Assembly: GCA_963700755.1 (NCBI GenBank)
Contig: CAVOYW010000005.1
Coordinates: 732,026-796,025, forward strand
Reading direction: 5' to 3'
Origin: an uncultured Acidimicrobiales bacterium
GTDB taxonomy: Bacteria; Actinomycetota; Acidimicrobiia; Acidimicrobiales; SZUA-35
Length of the DNA stretch: 64,000 nucleotides
Shown piece by piece: positions 13,714 to 23,606 of the stretch. Position 1 is the first letter of the stretch, and each line of letters begins with the position of its first letter. Position numbers and translations under genes: made by a program. The notes beneath the pieces are model-generated. The model was not told where the DNA came from and ran no database searches. It saw nothing but the letters and a program-made list of their open reading frames with translations.

Positions 13714-14961
13714 GTGAGCACGACCGAGGACCTTCCCACCGGACCACCTCCTCGGCCCCCCGTCGAGGACTGGACCACCGACTACGACATCTTCGACACG
13801 GAGTACATCAGCGACCCGTACCCCATCTGGGCCGATCTGCGCGACGAGTGCCCGATCGCCCACACCGATCGCTGGGGCGGGTCGTGGCTGCCGACGAGGT
13901 ACGAAGACGTCGTGGCGCTGGCCCGCATGGTGCCCGAGTTGTCGTCGGCCGACCCGATCGTGGTTCGACCCCCCGAAGCAGCGACCGAGATCCTGCCCGG
14001 TGGCGCGTATCACACGGTCAACGTCCCACCGATCAGCGCCGATCCGCCGGTGCACACGTGGTCGCGACGGCTGATCCTTCCGGCGTTCTCTCCCAAGGCC
14101 ACCGCGGACCACGAACCGGCGACGCGTGAGCTCTGCAACGAGCTGATCGACGGATTCATCGATCGAGGGGAGGTCGACGGAGCCGTCGAGTACGCCCAGC
14201 AGATCCCACCCCGCGTCATCGCCAACCTGCTCGGGATCAATCCCGACGACGCCGACCAGTTCGTCGATTGGGTTCGCGGCACCCTCGAGCTGGGGCTGTC
14301 GAACCCTGCCATCCGTGAGCAGTACCGCGGCAAGATCGCCGATTTCTTCGCGGCCGAGATCCGCGATCGGCAGGAGAACCCTCGCGACGACCTGATCTCG
14401 CAGTTGCTCGACGCCGAGGTCGACGGGCACAAGGTCAGCGCCGAACACGTACAGGGCACCTGCAACCTGATGCTGGTCGCCGGGATCGACACCACGTGGA
14501 GTTCGATCGGTTCGGCCCTGTGGCACCTGGCCGGCCATCCCGAGGACCGTCGGCGCCTGGTGGCCGAGCCCGAGTTGCTGCCGACGGCCATCGAGGAACT
14601 CCTGCGGGCCTACTCGCCGGTGACGATGGCGCGTGTGGTCAGCCAGGAGGGCGTGGAGTACGGCGGTTGCCCGTTCCCCTACGGCGACAAGATCCTCATG
14701 AACTTCCCGGGCGCCAACCGTGACCCCGACGTGTTCGAGGATCCCAACGACGTCAAGATCGACCGGGAACGGAATCGCCACATCGCGTTCGGTGTCGGGA
14801 TCCATCGCTGCGCCGGATCGAACCTGGCCCGCATGGAGATGCTGGTCTCGATCGGGGAGTTCTTGAAGCGCATCCCCGAGTTCGAGTTGGCCGATCCATC
14901 GGCGGTCACCTGGGCCGGCGGTCAGGTGCGAGGACCGAGGATCCTGCCGATCAAGTTCTGA
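13714..14961 (+). CDS. cytochrome P450
   Basis: GTG 13714 preceded by gaggag. I-helix LMLVAGIDTTWS, ExxR (ELLRAYSP) and heme loop FGVGIHRCAGSNLA. Confidence 0.92.
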   Translation: MSTTEDLPTGPPPRPPVEDWTTDYDIFDTEYISDPYPIWADLRDECPIAHTDRWGGSWLPTRYEDVVALARMVPELSSADPIVVRPPEAATEILPGGAYHTVNVPPISADPPVHTWSRRLILPAFSPKATADHEPATRELCNELIDGFIDRGEVDGAVEYAQQIPPRVIANLLGINPDDADQFVDWVRGTLELGLSNPAIREQYRGKIADFFAAEIRDRQENPRDDLISQLLDAEVDGHKVSAEHVQGTCNLMLVAGIDTTWSSIGSALWHLAGHPEDRRRLVAEPELLPTAIEELLRAYSPVTMARVVSQEGVEYGGCPFPYGDKILMNFPGANRDPDVFEDPNDVKIDRERNRHIAFGVGIHRCAGSNLARMEMLVSIGEFLKRIPEFELADPSAVTWAGGQVRGPRILPIKF

Positions 14962-14996
14962 GTTCGGGGGTGGTCCCGCTCGGGGCTCGCACCGCT

Positions 14997-15722
14997 TCAG
15001 TGGACGATGATGACCCGGCCCATCGCCACGACGGCCGCAAGGGCACAGACGACCAGCACGGTGACCCGAAGGCGTTGGTCGACCCAGGGAATGAACCTCG
15101 GCGCGACCAGGATCCCCAAGGTCGTCGCCGGCACGAATGCCAACCCGGTTCGCAGGTCGGTGGCCGTCAACTCCCCGCTGACCGCCAGGATCGCGGCGCT
15201 CAGCGGGGCACCGAAGAACATGACGACGCTGACCGTCGAACGGAGCTTGGGTCCCTGCTCGTGTTGGTAGATGAGTCCCAGGGGCGGCCCACCGATCCCG
15301 ACCGCGGTTCCGAACAGTCCCGATACCGCACCGGCGCCGGCGAGGGTCCCCCGGGTTCGTTGGATGCTGGGGGCCCAGACGCTGAGGGCAACGGCGACGA
15401 GCACGACGATTCCGCCGCCGATGGCGAGCGCCGCCCGGTCGACACTGCGGACCAGGAACACCGCCGCGATCATCCCGGGAATCCGACCGCCCATGAGCCA
15501 CCCGACCTCGGCGAGGTCCGCCCCGGCCCAGTTGCGGATGAGGTTGATCGTCACGAGCGGGATCGATGCCAGCAGGACGGTTCCCGGCAGGAGAGCCGGT
15601 TCGAGCGAGACCAGGACCGGGAAGGCGAGCACGACCATGCCGAATCCGATGCAGCCCTGGAGGATGGCGCCGACGAACACGGCGAGCAGAGCGGCAACGA
15701 GCGCGAGTCCGACGATGTGCAC
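14997..15722 (-). CDS. TauE/SafE (TSUP) family anion exporter
   Basis: Polytopic membrane protein (...LLAVFVGAILQGCIGFGMVVLAFPVLV...GTAVGIGGPPLGLIY...). Start moved to GTG 15722 because the upstream ORF extension overlaps the divergent crotonase gene. Confidence 0.7.
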   Translation of the reverse strand: MHIVGLALVAALLAVFVGAILQGCIGFGMVVLAFPVLVSLEPALLPGTVLLASIPLVTINLIRNWAGADLAEVGWLMGGRIPGMIAAVFLVRSVDRAALAIGGGIVVLVAVALSVWAPSIQRTRGTLAGAGAVSGLFGTAVGIGGPPLGLIYQHEQGPKLRSTVSVVMFFGAPLSAAILAVSGELTATDLRTGLAFVPATTLGILVAPRFIPWVDQRLRVTVLVVCALAAVVAMGRVIIVH

Positions 15723-15770
15723 CCCGTGACGGTAATGGTCTGCGAGCCGGAGACCGACTAGACCAGGGGT

Positions 15771-16634
15771 GTGACTCTCGAATTCGAACAGATCAAGCTC
15801 GATGTGGTCGACCACATCGCGACGTTGACCCTCAACCGCCCCGACCGTCTCAATGCCTTCACCCGCGACATGATGGCCGAGATCATCGAGGCGTTCGACC
15901 ACATCGACGCCAACGACGACATCCGTGTGGTCGTCGTGACCGGCGCCGGTCGCGGGTTCTGTGCCGGCGCGGAACTGGGTGACGCCGGCGGCGACACCTT
16001 CGACGCCGGGGCCCGCGGACGCGACACCTCCAAGGTCGACCGCGACGGCGGCGGACGCACCACCCTCCGCATCTTCGAGTCGACCAAACCGGTCATCGCA
16101 GCCATCAACGGCCCGGCGGTCGGGGTCGGCATCACGATGACGCTGCCGATGGACATCCGTCTTGCCGCCGAGTCGGCCAAGATCGGATTCGTGTTCGCCC
16201 GTCGGGGCATCGTCCCCGAAGCGTGTTCGTCGTGGTTCCTGCCCCGGCTGGTCGGCATCAGCCAGGCGTTGGAGTGGTGCTACAGCGGCAAGGTCATGAT
16301 GGCCGAGGAGTTCGCCCGGGGTGGCCTCGTCCAGGTCCTGCCCGACGACGAGCTCCTACCTCGGGCCTATGAGATCGCCCGAGAGATCGCCGTGCACTCT
16401 GCCCCGGTGTCGGTGTCGTTGACCCGGCAGATGATGTGGCGGGGCCTGACGTTCGATCATCCGATGGAGGCCCACCGGGTCGACTCGCGTGCCATCCAGG
16501 CCACCGGGGCCATGGCCGATGCGAAGGAGGGGGTCACGAGCTTTCTCGAGAAGCGCGACCCCGTCTGGACGCTCAAGCCCAGCGAGGACACCCCCGATGT
16601 GTTCCCCGACTGGGTCGAGCGCCAGTTCTCCTGA
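15771..16634 (+). CDS. enoyl-CoA hydratase/isomerase (crotonase) family protein
   Basis: LTLNRPDRLNAF, VVVVTGAGRGFCAGAEL and AAINGPAVGVG oxyanion-hole motifs. Confidence 0.88.
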   Translation: MTLEFEQIKLDVVDHIATLTLNRPDRLNAFTRDMMAEIIEAFDHIDANDDIRVVVVTGAGRGFCAGAELGDAGGDTFDAGARGRDTSKVDRDGGGRTTLRIFESTKPVIAAINGPAVGVGITMTLPMDIRLAAESAKIGFVFARRGIVPEACSSWFLPRLVGISQALEWCYSGKVMMAEEFARGGLVQVLPDDELLPRAYEIAREIAVHSAPVSVSLTRQMMWRGLTFDHPMEAHRVDSRAIQATGAMADAKEGVTSFLEKRDPVWTLKPSEDTPDVFPDWVERQFS

Positions 16635-16876
16635 GTCTCGTCGATCTGCCCCTCGGCGACCGCTCGGGAGCCGGCCCGACCACCGTGCCGAGAGTCACCT
16701 GACGATCGACGTGTGACGAGCCCGGAGCGGCCGATACTTCACCGGTGCCACCCCGTTTCGTCCCCGCCACCGCCGGGCGCCTGCCCTCGTTCACCCGGGC
16801 CGGAGCGATCGCTGCCGCCCAGTCGCGGGAGTCCGCCCTCCACCCGGGTTCGGTCCCGCCGCCGGCAAGGCGTTGG

Positions 16877-17575
16877 ATGGGTCAGGTGGTCGGTTCGGCG
16901 CTCGTTGCGCTGGGCATCTCGGTCACCCTCGTCACCGACATCGGGGCCGGCGCGCTCGACGTGCTGAATCTCGGGCTGGCCGACACGCTCGGCATCCCAC
17001 TGTCATTCGCCGTCTGGATCGTTGCCGGCACCATGATCGCGGTTGCGGCGGTCCTTGGTGGCCGTCCCCGGCTCGGGACGTTCGTGACACCGTTGGTCGT
17101 CGGCGCCGCGCTGCAACCGCTGGTCGACCTGCACCGACGGGTCCTTCCCGACCTGTCGCTGGCCACCGCCATCCCCGTGCATCTGGTGGGCATCGTCCTG
17201 ATCGGGCTCGGTGCCGGCGCGATCGTCGTCGCCGGGTTCGGCGCGGGAACCGGTGAGTTGCTCACCGATGCCGTTGCCACGCGCCTTCGCCGATCCCCGC
17301 CGCTGATGCGGGTGTCGATCGAGGTGTCGTGGGCCTGTGCCGGCCTGGCCCTCGGGGGGCCGGCCGGCGTCGGGACCGTGCTCGCGGCGTCGTCGATCGG
17401 CTCGGCCGTCGAGTTGGGGATCCGGGTCGCCCGACCGCTGATGACCGCCCCTCCAGCGCCGGGGTCACCTCCCCCCGACCCGCCGACGCTCAGCGGTAGG
17501 CGGCCTGGCTCTCTTTCCAGGTTCCACCGTCGGCGCGGGGCTCACGAGGAAGTCCGAGTACTCGTTCGCCGATGA
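16877..17575 (+). CDS. polytopic membrane protein (YczE-like?)
   Basis: MGQVVGSALVALGISVTLVTDIGAGALDVLNLGLAD... is hydrophobic throughout. Start chosen at ATG 16877. The 3' end overlaps the convergent acyl-CoA dehydrogenase by about 85 bp, so the C-terminus is uncertain. Confidence 0.5.
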   Translation: MGQVVGSALVALGISVTLVTDIGAGALDVLNLGLADTLGIPLSFAVWIVAGTMIAVAAVLGGRPRLGTFVTPLVVGAALQPLVDLHRRVLPDLSLATAIPVHLVGIVLIGLGAGAIVVAGFGAGTGELLTDAVATRLRRSPPLMRVSIEVSWACAGLALGGPAGVGTVLAASSIGSAVELGIRVARPLMTAPPAPGSPPPDPPTLSGRRPGSLSRFHRRRGAHEEVRVLVRR

Positions 17576-18746
17576 TGTTGCGCTGCACCTCGGAGGTACC
17601 GGCGTAGATGGTTCCAGGCCGGGCGATCATGAAACTCGACATCCAGTTGGCGGCGGTGTTGGCCGTTCCGATGGCCGGCGCACCCAGTCCGCCGCGGGTG
17701 TCTTCGCGGAATCCGACCATGGCGTCGGCCCCGAAGAGGTTCATGGCTGCCTCGGTGATCTCCTGGTGGTACGAACTCCAGAAGAGTTTGCCGATCGAGG
17801 ACTCGGGTCCGGGTTGCTGACCCTTGATGTAACGGCTGAGCGCCTGCATGCCGCGGTAGCGCATGATCTCGACCTTGGTGTGGAACCGGGCGATGTCCTG
17901 GCGAACCAGTGGATCGTCGGCCTTGCCCAGGTTCTTGGCAGCCTCGATGTAGGAGTCGAGTTCGGCCCGGAACGGGAGGTACTGGGTGGTGGCGGCCACA
18001 CCACGTTCGTACCCGAGCAGCGTGTTGGCCACCGACCAGCCGTTGTTGACCCCGCCGAGGACGTTTTCCTTCGGGCAGGTGGCGTCGGTGAAGAACACCT
18101 CGTTGAAGTGGTCGTGCCCGGCGATGTTGGTGATCGGACGGACCTCGACACCGGGCTGGTCCATCGGCACCAGGAGGAACGAGATGCCCTTGTGCTTGGC
18201 CTCGTCGGGTGCGGTGCGGGCCAGCACGAAGATCCAGTTGGCCGTATGACCGGAGCTGGTCCAGATCTTCTGCCCGTTGATGACCCACTGGTCGCCGTCG
18301 AGTTCGGCCCGGCAACCGAGGTTGGCCAGATCGGAACCGGCATCGGGCTCGGAGTAGCCCTGACACCAGACGTCTTCACCCGACATGATCCGAGGGATGA
18401 AGTACTCCTTCTGCTCGTCGGTGCCGACCGCCAGGATCGTGTTGCCGACCATGCCGATGCTGAACCCGTCGTTGCCGCCCATGGTCGGCACACCGCGTCT
18501 TGCGAATTCCTCGTTGAGCACGACGTGTTCGAGGTGGGTGAGCCCGCCGCCACCGTATTCGGCGGGCCAGTTGGCGGCCAGGAGTTTGTTCTCGTAGAGG
18601 GTCTGGCGCCACGAGTTCGTGAACGCCGATCGCTGTTCACCGTCGAGGGCGCCGATGCCCTTCCAGTCGCTGGGTAGGTTCTCGTCGAGGAAGGTGCGGA
18701 TCTTGGCCCGGAACTCCTCGGTCTCCGTCGGGTACGTCATGTCCAT
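17490..18746 (-). CDS. acyl-CoA dehydrogenase
   Basis: 418 aa. WCQGYSEPDAGSDLA, GQKIWTSSG, and C-terminal IYAGTSEVQRNIIGERVLGLPRE. Confidence 0.92.
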   Translation of the reverse strand: MDMTYPTETEEFRAKIRTFLDENLPSDWKGIGALDGEQRSAFTNSWRQTLYENKLLAANWPAEYGGGGLTHLEHVVLNEEFARRGVPTMGGNDGFSIGMVGNTILAVGTDEQKEYFIPRIMSGEDVWCQGYSEPDAGSDLANLGCRAELDGDQWVINGQKIWTSSGHTANWIFVLARTAPDEAKHKGISFLLVPMDQPGVEVRPITNIAGHDHFNEVFFTDATCPKENVLGGVNNGWSVANTLLGYERGVAATTQYLPFRAELDSYIEAAKNLGKADDPLVRQDIARFHTKVEIMRYRGMQALSRYIKGQQPGPESSIGKLFWSSYHQEITEAAMNLFGADAMVGFREDTRGGLGAPAIGTANTAANWMSSFMIARPGTIYAGTSEVQRNIIGERVLGLPREPRADGGTWKESQAAYR

Positions 18747-18792
18747 GGCGGCAACCTAGTGCGCTTGTCGGTGGAGGAACAGTTGGGCCACA

Positions 18793-19923
18793 GTGAGCGT
18801 CATGACCGAGATCCGACCCTTCACCATCGACGTCCCCGACGCCGTCCTCGACGACCTGCGCGACCGGCTGCAGCGGACGCGCTGGCCCGAGGCCGAACTG
18901 GTCGACGACTGGTCGCAGGGCATTCCCCTGGCGTACGTGCAGGAGGTCTGCGAGTACTGGTCGACGACCTACGACTGGCGGTCACGCGAGGCCGCCCTGA
19001 ACCGGTTCGACCAGTTCACGACCGAGATCGACGGTCTCGAGATCCATTTCATCCACCAGCGTTCGACCCGCCCCGACGCCACGCCGCTCGTGATCACCCA
19101 CGGCTGGCCCGGGTCGGTGGTCGAATTCCACAAGGTGATCGAGCCGCTGAACGAGGCCGGCTTCCATGTGGTCGCCCCGTCGCTGCCCGGGTTCGGGTTC
19201 TCGGGGAAGCCGACCGAGACCGGCTGGGGGGTCGAGAAGATCGCCGAGGTCTGGGCAGCGCTGATGGCCCGACTGGGTTACGACCGCTACCTTGCGCAGG
19301 GTGGCGACTGGGGATCGGCGGTGACCGCCAACATCGGTCGCTCCGACACCGAGCACTGCATGGGTGTACACATGACCCTCAACATGGGGGCTCGTCCACC
19401 CGAGGGTGCCGAGCTCGGGCCGGCCGAGCTCCATGCCGCCGAACGGGCGCAGTACTATCAGCAATGGGATTCGGGATACTCCACCCAGCAGGCCACTCGA
19501 CCCCAGACCGTCGGGTACGGACTCACCGACTCACCGTCCGGTCAGGCCGCCTGGATCCTCGAGAAGTTCTGGGCCTGGACCGATTGTGACGGTCACCCCG
19601 AGAACGCGATCAGCCGAGACGAGCTCCTCGACAACGTGATGCTGTACTGGGTCACCGAGACGGCGACCTCGTCGGCCCGGATCTACTGGGAGAGCTTCCG
19701 GCGGTCGCGCTCGTCGGGGCCGATCGAGATCCCTTCGGGTTTCACGGTCTATCCGAAGGAGATCGTGCCGCCGGTTCGGAGCTGGGCCGAAGCGGGTTTC
19801 ACGAACATCGTGTACTGGACCGAGCAGACCAAGGGTGGGCACTTCGCGGCGTTCGAACAGCCCGAGCTCTTCGTCTCCGACGTGCGATCCTTCGCCGACA
19901 CCGTCGCCGGTGTGGCCTCGTGA
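18793..19923 (+). CDS. epoxide hydrolase (EHN N-terminal domain + alpha/beta hydrolase)
   Basis: IRPFTIDVPDAVLDDLRDRLQRTRWP, HFIHQRS and HGWPGSVVEF motifs. Confidence 0.88.
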   Translation: MSVMTEIRPFTIDVPDAVLDDLRDRLQRTRWPEAELVDDWSQGIPLAYVQEVCEYWSTTYDWRSREAALNRFDQFTTEIDGLEIHFIHQRSTRPDATPLVITHGWPGSVVEFHKVIEPLNEAGFHVVAPSLPGFGFSGKPTETGWGVEKIAEVWAALMARLGYDRYLAQGGDWGSAVTANIGRSDTEHCMGVHMTLNMGARPPEGAELGPAELHAAERAQYYQQWDSGYSTQQATRPQTVGYGLTDSPSGQAAWILEKFWAWTDCDGHPENAISRDELLDNVMLYWVTETATSSARIYWESFRRSRSSGPIEIPSGFTVYPKEIVPPVRSWAEAGFTNIVYWTEQTKGGHFAAFEQPELFVSDVRSFADTVAGVAS

Positions 19924-20744
19924 GCACGACGTCCACCGAGCAGGATCGGTTGGCCGATTTCGTGTGCGAGCCGTTCTCGGCTCGCAACATCACCAAGGAC
20001 GTCTATCGGGCGGGTTCGGGTCCGGCCGTGGTGGTGCTCACCGAGATGCCCGGGATCACGCCCGAGGTCGCCGACTTCGCCCGTCGGCTGATCGCCGAGG
20101 GCTTCTCGGTCACGCTCCCGGATCTCTTCGGTGAGGCCGGGCGCCCGTTCTCGAATGGTTATGTCATCCGGTCACTGGTCAAGGGATGCGTGTCGAAGGA
20201 GTTCGTTGCATTCGCCCGGAACACCACGTCACCGATCACGTCCTGGCTGCGTGAGCTCGTGGCCGACGCCCATCGGCGGGCCGGCGGTGATGCGGTGTCG
20301 AACGGTGTCGGTGTGGTCGGGATGTGTTTCACCGGTGGGTTCGCCCTCGCCCTGACCGTCGATCCGCTGGTCCGGGTGCCGGTGATGAGCCAGCCCTCCC
20401 TGCCCCTCGGACCCGGTGCCGAACGACGCCGGGATCTCGGGCTCGATCCCGAAGACCTGGCCGTGGTCAAACGGCGGGTCGAGGACGAGGATCTTTGTGT
20501 CGTCGGTCTTCGCTTCACCGGTGACCCGATGGTGTCCACCGCCCGCTTCGAGCGACTCCGAGAGGAGTTCGGCGACCGCTTCGCCGCCGTCGAGATCCGC
20601 AGCGGGAAGGAGGCCCCGGATGGGCACGGTCCCCGGGCTCACTCGGTGCTCACCACCGAATACGACCCGACACCGGGAAGCCCGACGAGGCTCGCCTACG
20701 AGTTGGTCGTCGAACACCTCGGCCGGCTGCGCCCGCCGACCTGA
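19920..20744 (+). CDS. dienelactone hydrolase family protein
   Basis: GTG overlaps the upstream stop (GTGA). VVVLTEMPGITPEVADFARRLIAEGFSVTLPDLF and GVVGMCFTGGFAL (nucleophile Cys). Confidence 0.8.
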   Translation: MSTTSTEQDRLADFVCEPFSARNITKDVYRAGSGPAVVVLTEMPGITPEVADFARRLIAEGFSVTLPDLFGEAGRPFSNGYVIRSLVKGCVSKEFVAFARNTTSPITSWLRELVADAHRRAGGDAVSNGVGVVGMCFTGGFALALTVDPLVRVPVMSQPSLPLGPGAERRRDLGLDPEDLAVVKRRVEDEDLCVVGLRFTGDPMVSTARFERLREEFGDRFAAVEIRSGKEAPDGHGPRAHSVLTTEYDPTPGSPTRLAYELVVEHLGRLRPPT

Positions 20745-20766
20745 CGGCGGCGATCGCGCTCGCCGT

Positions 20767-21296
20767 TCAGAGGATCTGGGCGAGCAGGCTGCCGACGCCG
20801 AACCCGACGGCGGCCACGGCGGCGGTGAGGGCGGCGGTGAGGGCGGCGGGAGGGGGGGGACGGCGGCGCAGGTCAGGCCCCGGAACGTCGGTCGCGGGCC
20901 GATGCTGCGCGGCGGGTGATCGGTGACGGTGTCGACGCGGACAGGTGCGGCGGTCGGTCCGGCGGGAAGGGAACGCTGCGGTGGGGCCGGCTCGGGCGCG
21001 GTCAGGCGGTCGAGGTCGTCGGGGCGGATCTCGTCGTCGGCGATGGCGGCAAGCAGCCGGCGAGCAGCGGACTGGAGCGCTCGACCTTCGTCCGACAGCA
21101 GGGTTTCGTCGACGGCGGGTTCGTGATGGGCCAGGACGGCACGGGCCGCTTCGGCCCGTTGGCCGGGCTCGATCGCCGTGACGACGTGATCGACGTCGTC
21201 GAGCAGTGCCTGTACCGATCGGTGGGCGATGTCGTTCCGGGTCAGGGCCACGGCGAGCGCCGAGTCGTTGGTGGTGTCGAAGGTCAGCCGCTGCAC
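20767..21296 (-). pseudogene. hypothetical tail-anchored protein, fourth gene of the HTTM operon (frame discontinuity about 20,850-20,905)
   Basis: GTG 21296 lies 11 nt after the HTTM stop. VQRLTFDTTNDSALAVALTRNDIAHRSVQALLDDVDH... reads well, then the C-terminal ...DLRRRPPPPAALTAALTAAVAAVGFGVGSLLAQIL* (RRR + TM helix) is in another frame. A G8 run lies at 20852-20859. Confidence 0.45.
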
Positions 21297-21307
21297 GAGG
21301 CAAGAAA

Positions 21308-22096
21308 CTATCGACCGGAGACGCGCTGATGGGGGATGCCCGTCTCGATGTCCCCACGCACCGGGCCGAACCCGGGTGGGAGCGTGAGGTGGGCCACCAT
21401 CGCCAGTCCGAACGCCACGAGACCGAGATCCCAGCCGAGCACCGCGATGATCGAGAGATGGAAGGCCAGACCGAGCGTGATCGACAGGGGACGCCATGAC
21501 CACGACCACAGGGCGGTTGCCAGGATCATCTCGGTGATCACGGTGAAGACGGCGACGACGGCCAGCGTACGCATCGGCAGGTCTCGGACCATCCGGACGC
21601 CCAGCGGACTCTGTGCCGCCCGCACCAGGATGTCGCCCGACCACCAGTCGGGACGGAGCTTCGACAGCGCGGCGAACAGGTAGACACTCGAGGTCTGTGC
21701 CCGCACGGTGAGGGCCAGGGCCGCCGGGTCGGTCCCGTGGAAGCCGGCCGTCAGGGCCCCGAGCACCCCGATCAGGACCGTGTGGTTGCTGTATCCCTGC
21801 TGATCGACGACGAGATCGAACAGTGAGACCGTGGCGACGACGGCCGCGGCGATCCGGACCCGGGCGCCCAGGACCAACGAAATCGCCGCCGCGAGCCCGA
21901 AGGCGATGAGACCGACGGCGATGGCCCGCGGGAGGACGGGCGTCGGGAACCCGAGACCGAGCCAACGTACGGGGACCCGGAAGCGACCGGGTTCGGTCCA
22001 GGCCCAAACCAGATCGATTCGATCGAGGCGATCGACCAGCGCAGCCAGGCCGACCACGGCCACGAAGCGGCGGTCCGGGGCAACGCGGGGTGTCAT
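21308..22096 (-). CDS. HTTM-domain (vitamin K-dependent gamma-carboxylase-like) integral membrane protein
   Basis: 262 aa from ATG 22096. Multi-TM. QQGYSNHTVLIGVL and SVYLFAALSKLRPDWWSGD resemble the HTTM core. The ATG overlaps the upstream stop (ATGA). Confidence 0.65.
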   Translation of the reverse strand: MTPRVAPDRRFVAVVGLAALVDRLDRIDLVWAWTEPGRFRVPVRWLGLGFPTPVLPRAIAVGLIAFGLAAAISLVLGARVRIAAAVVATVSLFDLVVDQQGYSNHTVLIGVLGALTAGFHGTDPAALALTVRAQTSSVYLFAALSKLRPDWWSGDILVRAAQSPLGVRMVRDLPMRTLAVVAVFTVITEMILATALWSWSWRPLSITLGLAFHLSIIAVLGWDLGLVAFGLAMVAHLTLPPGFGPVRGDIETGIPHQRVSGR

Positions 22097-22420
22097 CGAC
22101 AGAGCCGCTCGGAACGCCGTGGGCCGTAGGCCAGGCGCACGACCACGGCACCATCGACCGACGAGCACAGATGACGGTCGAGGGCCTCGGCGAGGTCGAG
22201 TTCGACCCGGGGTCGGACGAGCAATTCGTCGACGTCGACCGGGCAGCGTGGAGCCGTCGACGAGTTCGACCTCGGCCCACCAGCGGTCGCCCCGTTCGGA
22301 GTACATCTGCCACCCGAACGGCTCGGGCCGGGGACCGTCGCCCCGGCTGACCAGCAGGGTCGCCGGCACCGCGACCTGCACGAGCATGATGATGCCGATC
22401 GCGAGGGTGCGCCGCCTCAT
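22093..22420 (-). pseudogene. small signal-anchored protein with FGWQMYS motif (one frameshift about 22,240)
   Basis: MRRRTLAIGIIMLVQVAVPATLLVSRGDGPRPEPFGWQMYSERGDRWWAEVELVDGSTLP | VDVDELLVRPRVELDLAEALDRHLCSSVDGAVVVRLAYGPRRSERLCR*. The 328-nt length is not a multiple of 3. ATGA overlaps at both ends. Confidence 0.55.
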
Positions 22421-23550
22421 GTCGGTCGTCGATAGACGCCTTCGCCGGCCCACCGGCGAATTCGCACCAGATCGTTGACCAGCAACAGGGTGTCGCGGGC
22501 GATGCGGACCGTCGACTGGCCACTGTTGCGCACCGAGACGGGCACCTCCTTGAGTGAGCGACGATCGAGCTCGGCGATGCAGAAGATCTCGACGTCGAAG
22601 CCGAATCGGTCGATCCGGCAGCGGCGGAACATCGAGTGACCGACGTCGGACCGGAAGCCCTTGATGCCGCATTGGGTGTCGCGGAAGTGGCCGAGCAGCA
22701 CGAGATGGGTCAGTGCGTTGATGACCCGACCGCCGAGCTGACGGATTCGCCGAGCCCGGACCAGGGTGGTCGTCTCCTCGTGTTGGCGACTCCCGACGAC
22801 GATGTCCCAGCCGGCCTCGAGTTCTCGCATGATCTCGGCGACGGCTTCGGGCGGATAGGCGAGATCGGCGTCGGTGAACACCACACTGCGGCCCGACGCG
22901 GCCAACACACCCGTGCGAACGGCGGCCCCCTTGCCCCGATTCCGGTCGAGTCGGATGACCCGAGCGCCGGCGGCGGCGGCCCGGTCGGCGGTGTCGTCGA
23001 TCGATCCGTCGTCGACGACGATGATCTCGAGGTCGTCGCCCACGGTGTCGGACAGGGTCGTGCGGAGCTCGCTGACCGAATCGGCGATGCGCCGGCCCTC
23101 GTTGTATGCGGGCACGACCACGGTCAGTCTCAGATCGCCCGGCGCCGGTGGCTGCGCCACGCAATCGGACAGGGCCGTGCGGACCTCGGTGAACAGCACC
23201 CAGCGATAGCTGAGCCAGCGGGCACCGGCCGCGAACGCGACCGCAACGAGTTTGGCGGCCCACCGGGTGGCACCGGCCCAGTCGAGGAACAGCACGAGGG
23301 CGAGGTCGATCGCTCCCGCAACGAGGGCCATCATCCCGAAGGTGGCCGGATGGCGCACCCAGCGGGCGCTCGGATCGTTCCCGAACGTGGCGAACCGGTT
23401 GACCAGATACGAGAAGACCGCCGCCGTTGCGAGGGCCACGAGGTCGGCGACCACCAGCGACGACCGGTCGACCAGCACGAGGAACAGGGCGACGTCGATC
23501 GTGGTGGTGAGGAGCCCGACGATGACGAATGTCCGGAGTCTTCGTCGCAT
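22417..23550 (-). CDS. GtrA-like domain fused to family 2 glycosyltransferase (polyprenyl-phosphate sugar synthase-like)
   Basis: 377 aa. The N-terminal ~125 aa form a 4-TM GtrA-like segment (FVIVGLLTTTIDVALF...YLVNRFATF...). The GT2 core follows: VVVPAYNEGRRI, IIVVDDGSIDDT, FTDADL, QCGIKGF. Confidence 0.85.
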   Translation of the reverse strand: MRRRLRTFVIVGLLTTTIDVALFLVLVDRSSLVVADLVALATAAVFSYLVNRFATFGNDPSARWVRHPATFGMMALVAGAIDLALVLFLDWAGATRWAAKLVAVAFAAGARWLSYRWVLFTEVRTALSDCVAQPPAPGDLRLTVVVPAYNEGRRIADSVSELRTTLSDTVGDDLEIIVVDDGSIDDTADRAAAAGARVIRLDRNRGKGAAVRTGVLAASGRSVVFTDADLAYPPEAVAEIMRELEAGWDIVVGSRQHEETTTLVRARRIRQLGGRVINALTHLVLLGHFRDTQCGIKGFRSDVGHSMFRRCRIDRFGFDVEIFCIAELDRRSLKEVPVSVRNSGQSTVRIARDTLLLVNDLVRIRRWAGEGVYRRPT

Positions 23551-23606
23551 GCCACCTCGTTCTCGCGGGTTCCAGCCGGGACGGCATCGAACCTACCAGC
23601 GGTGCG

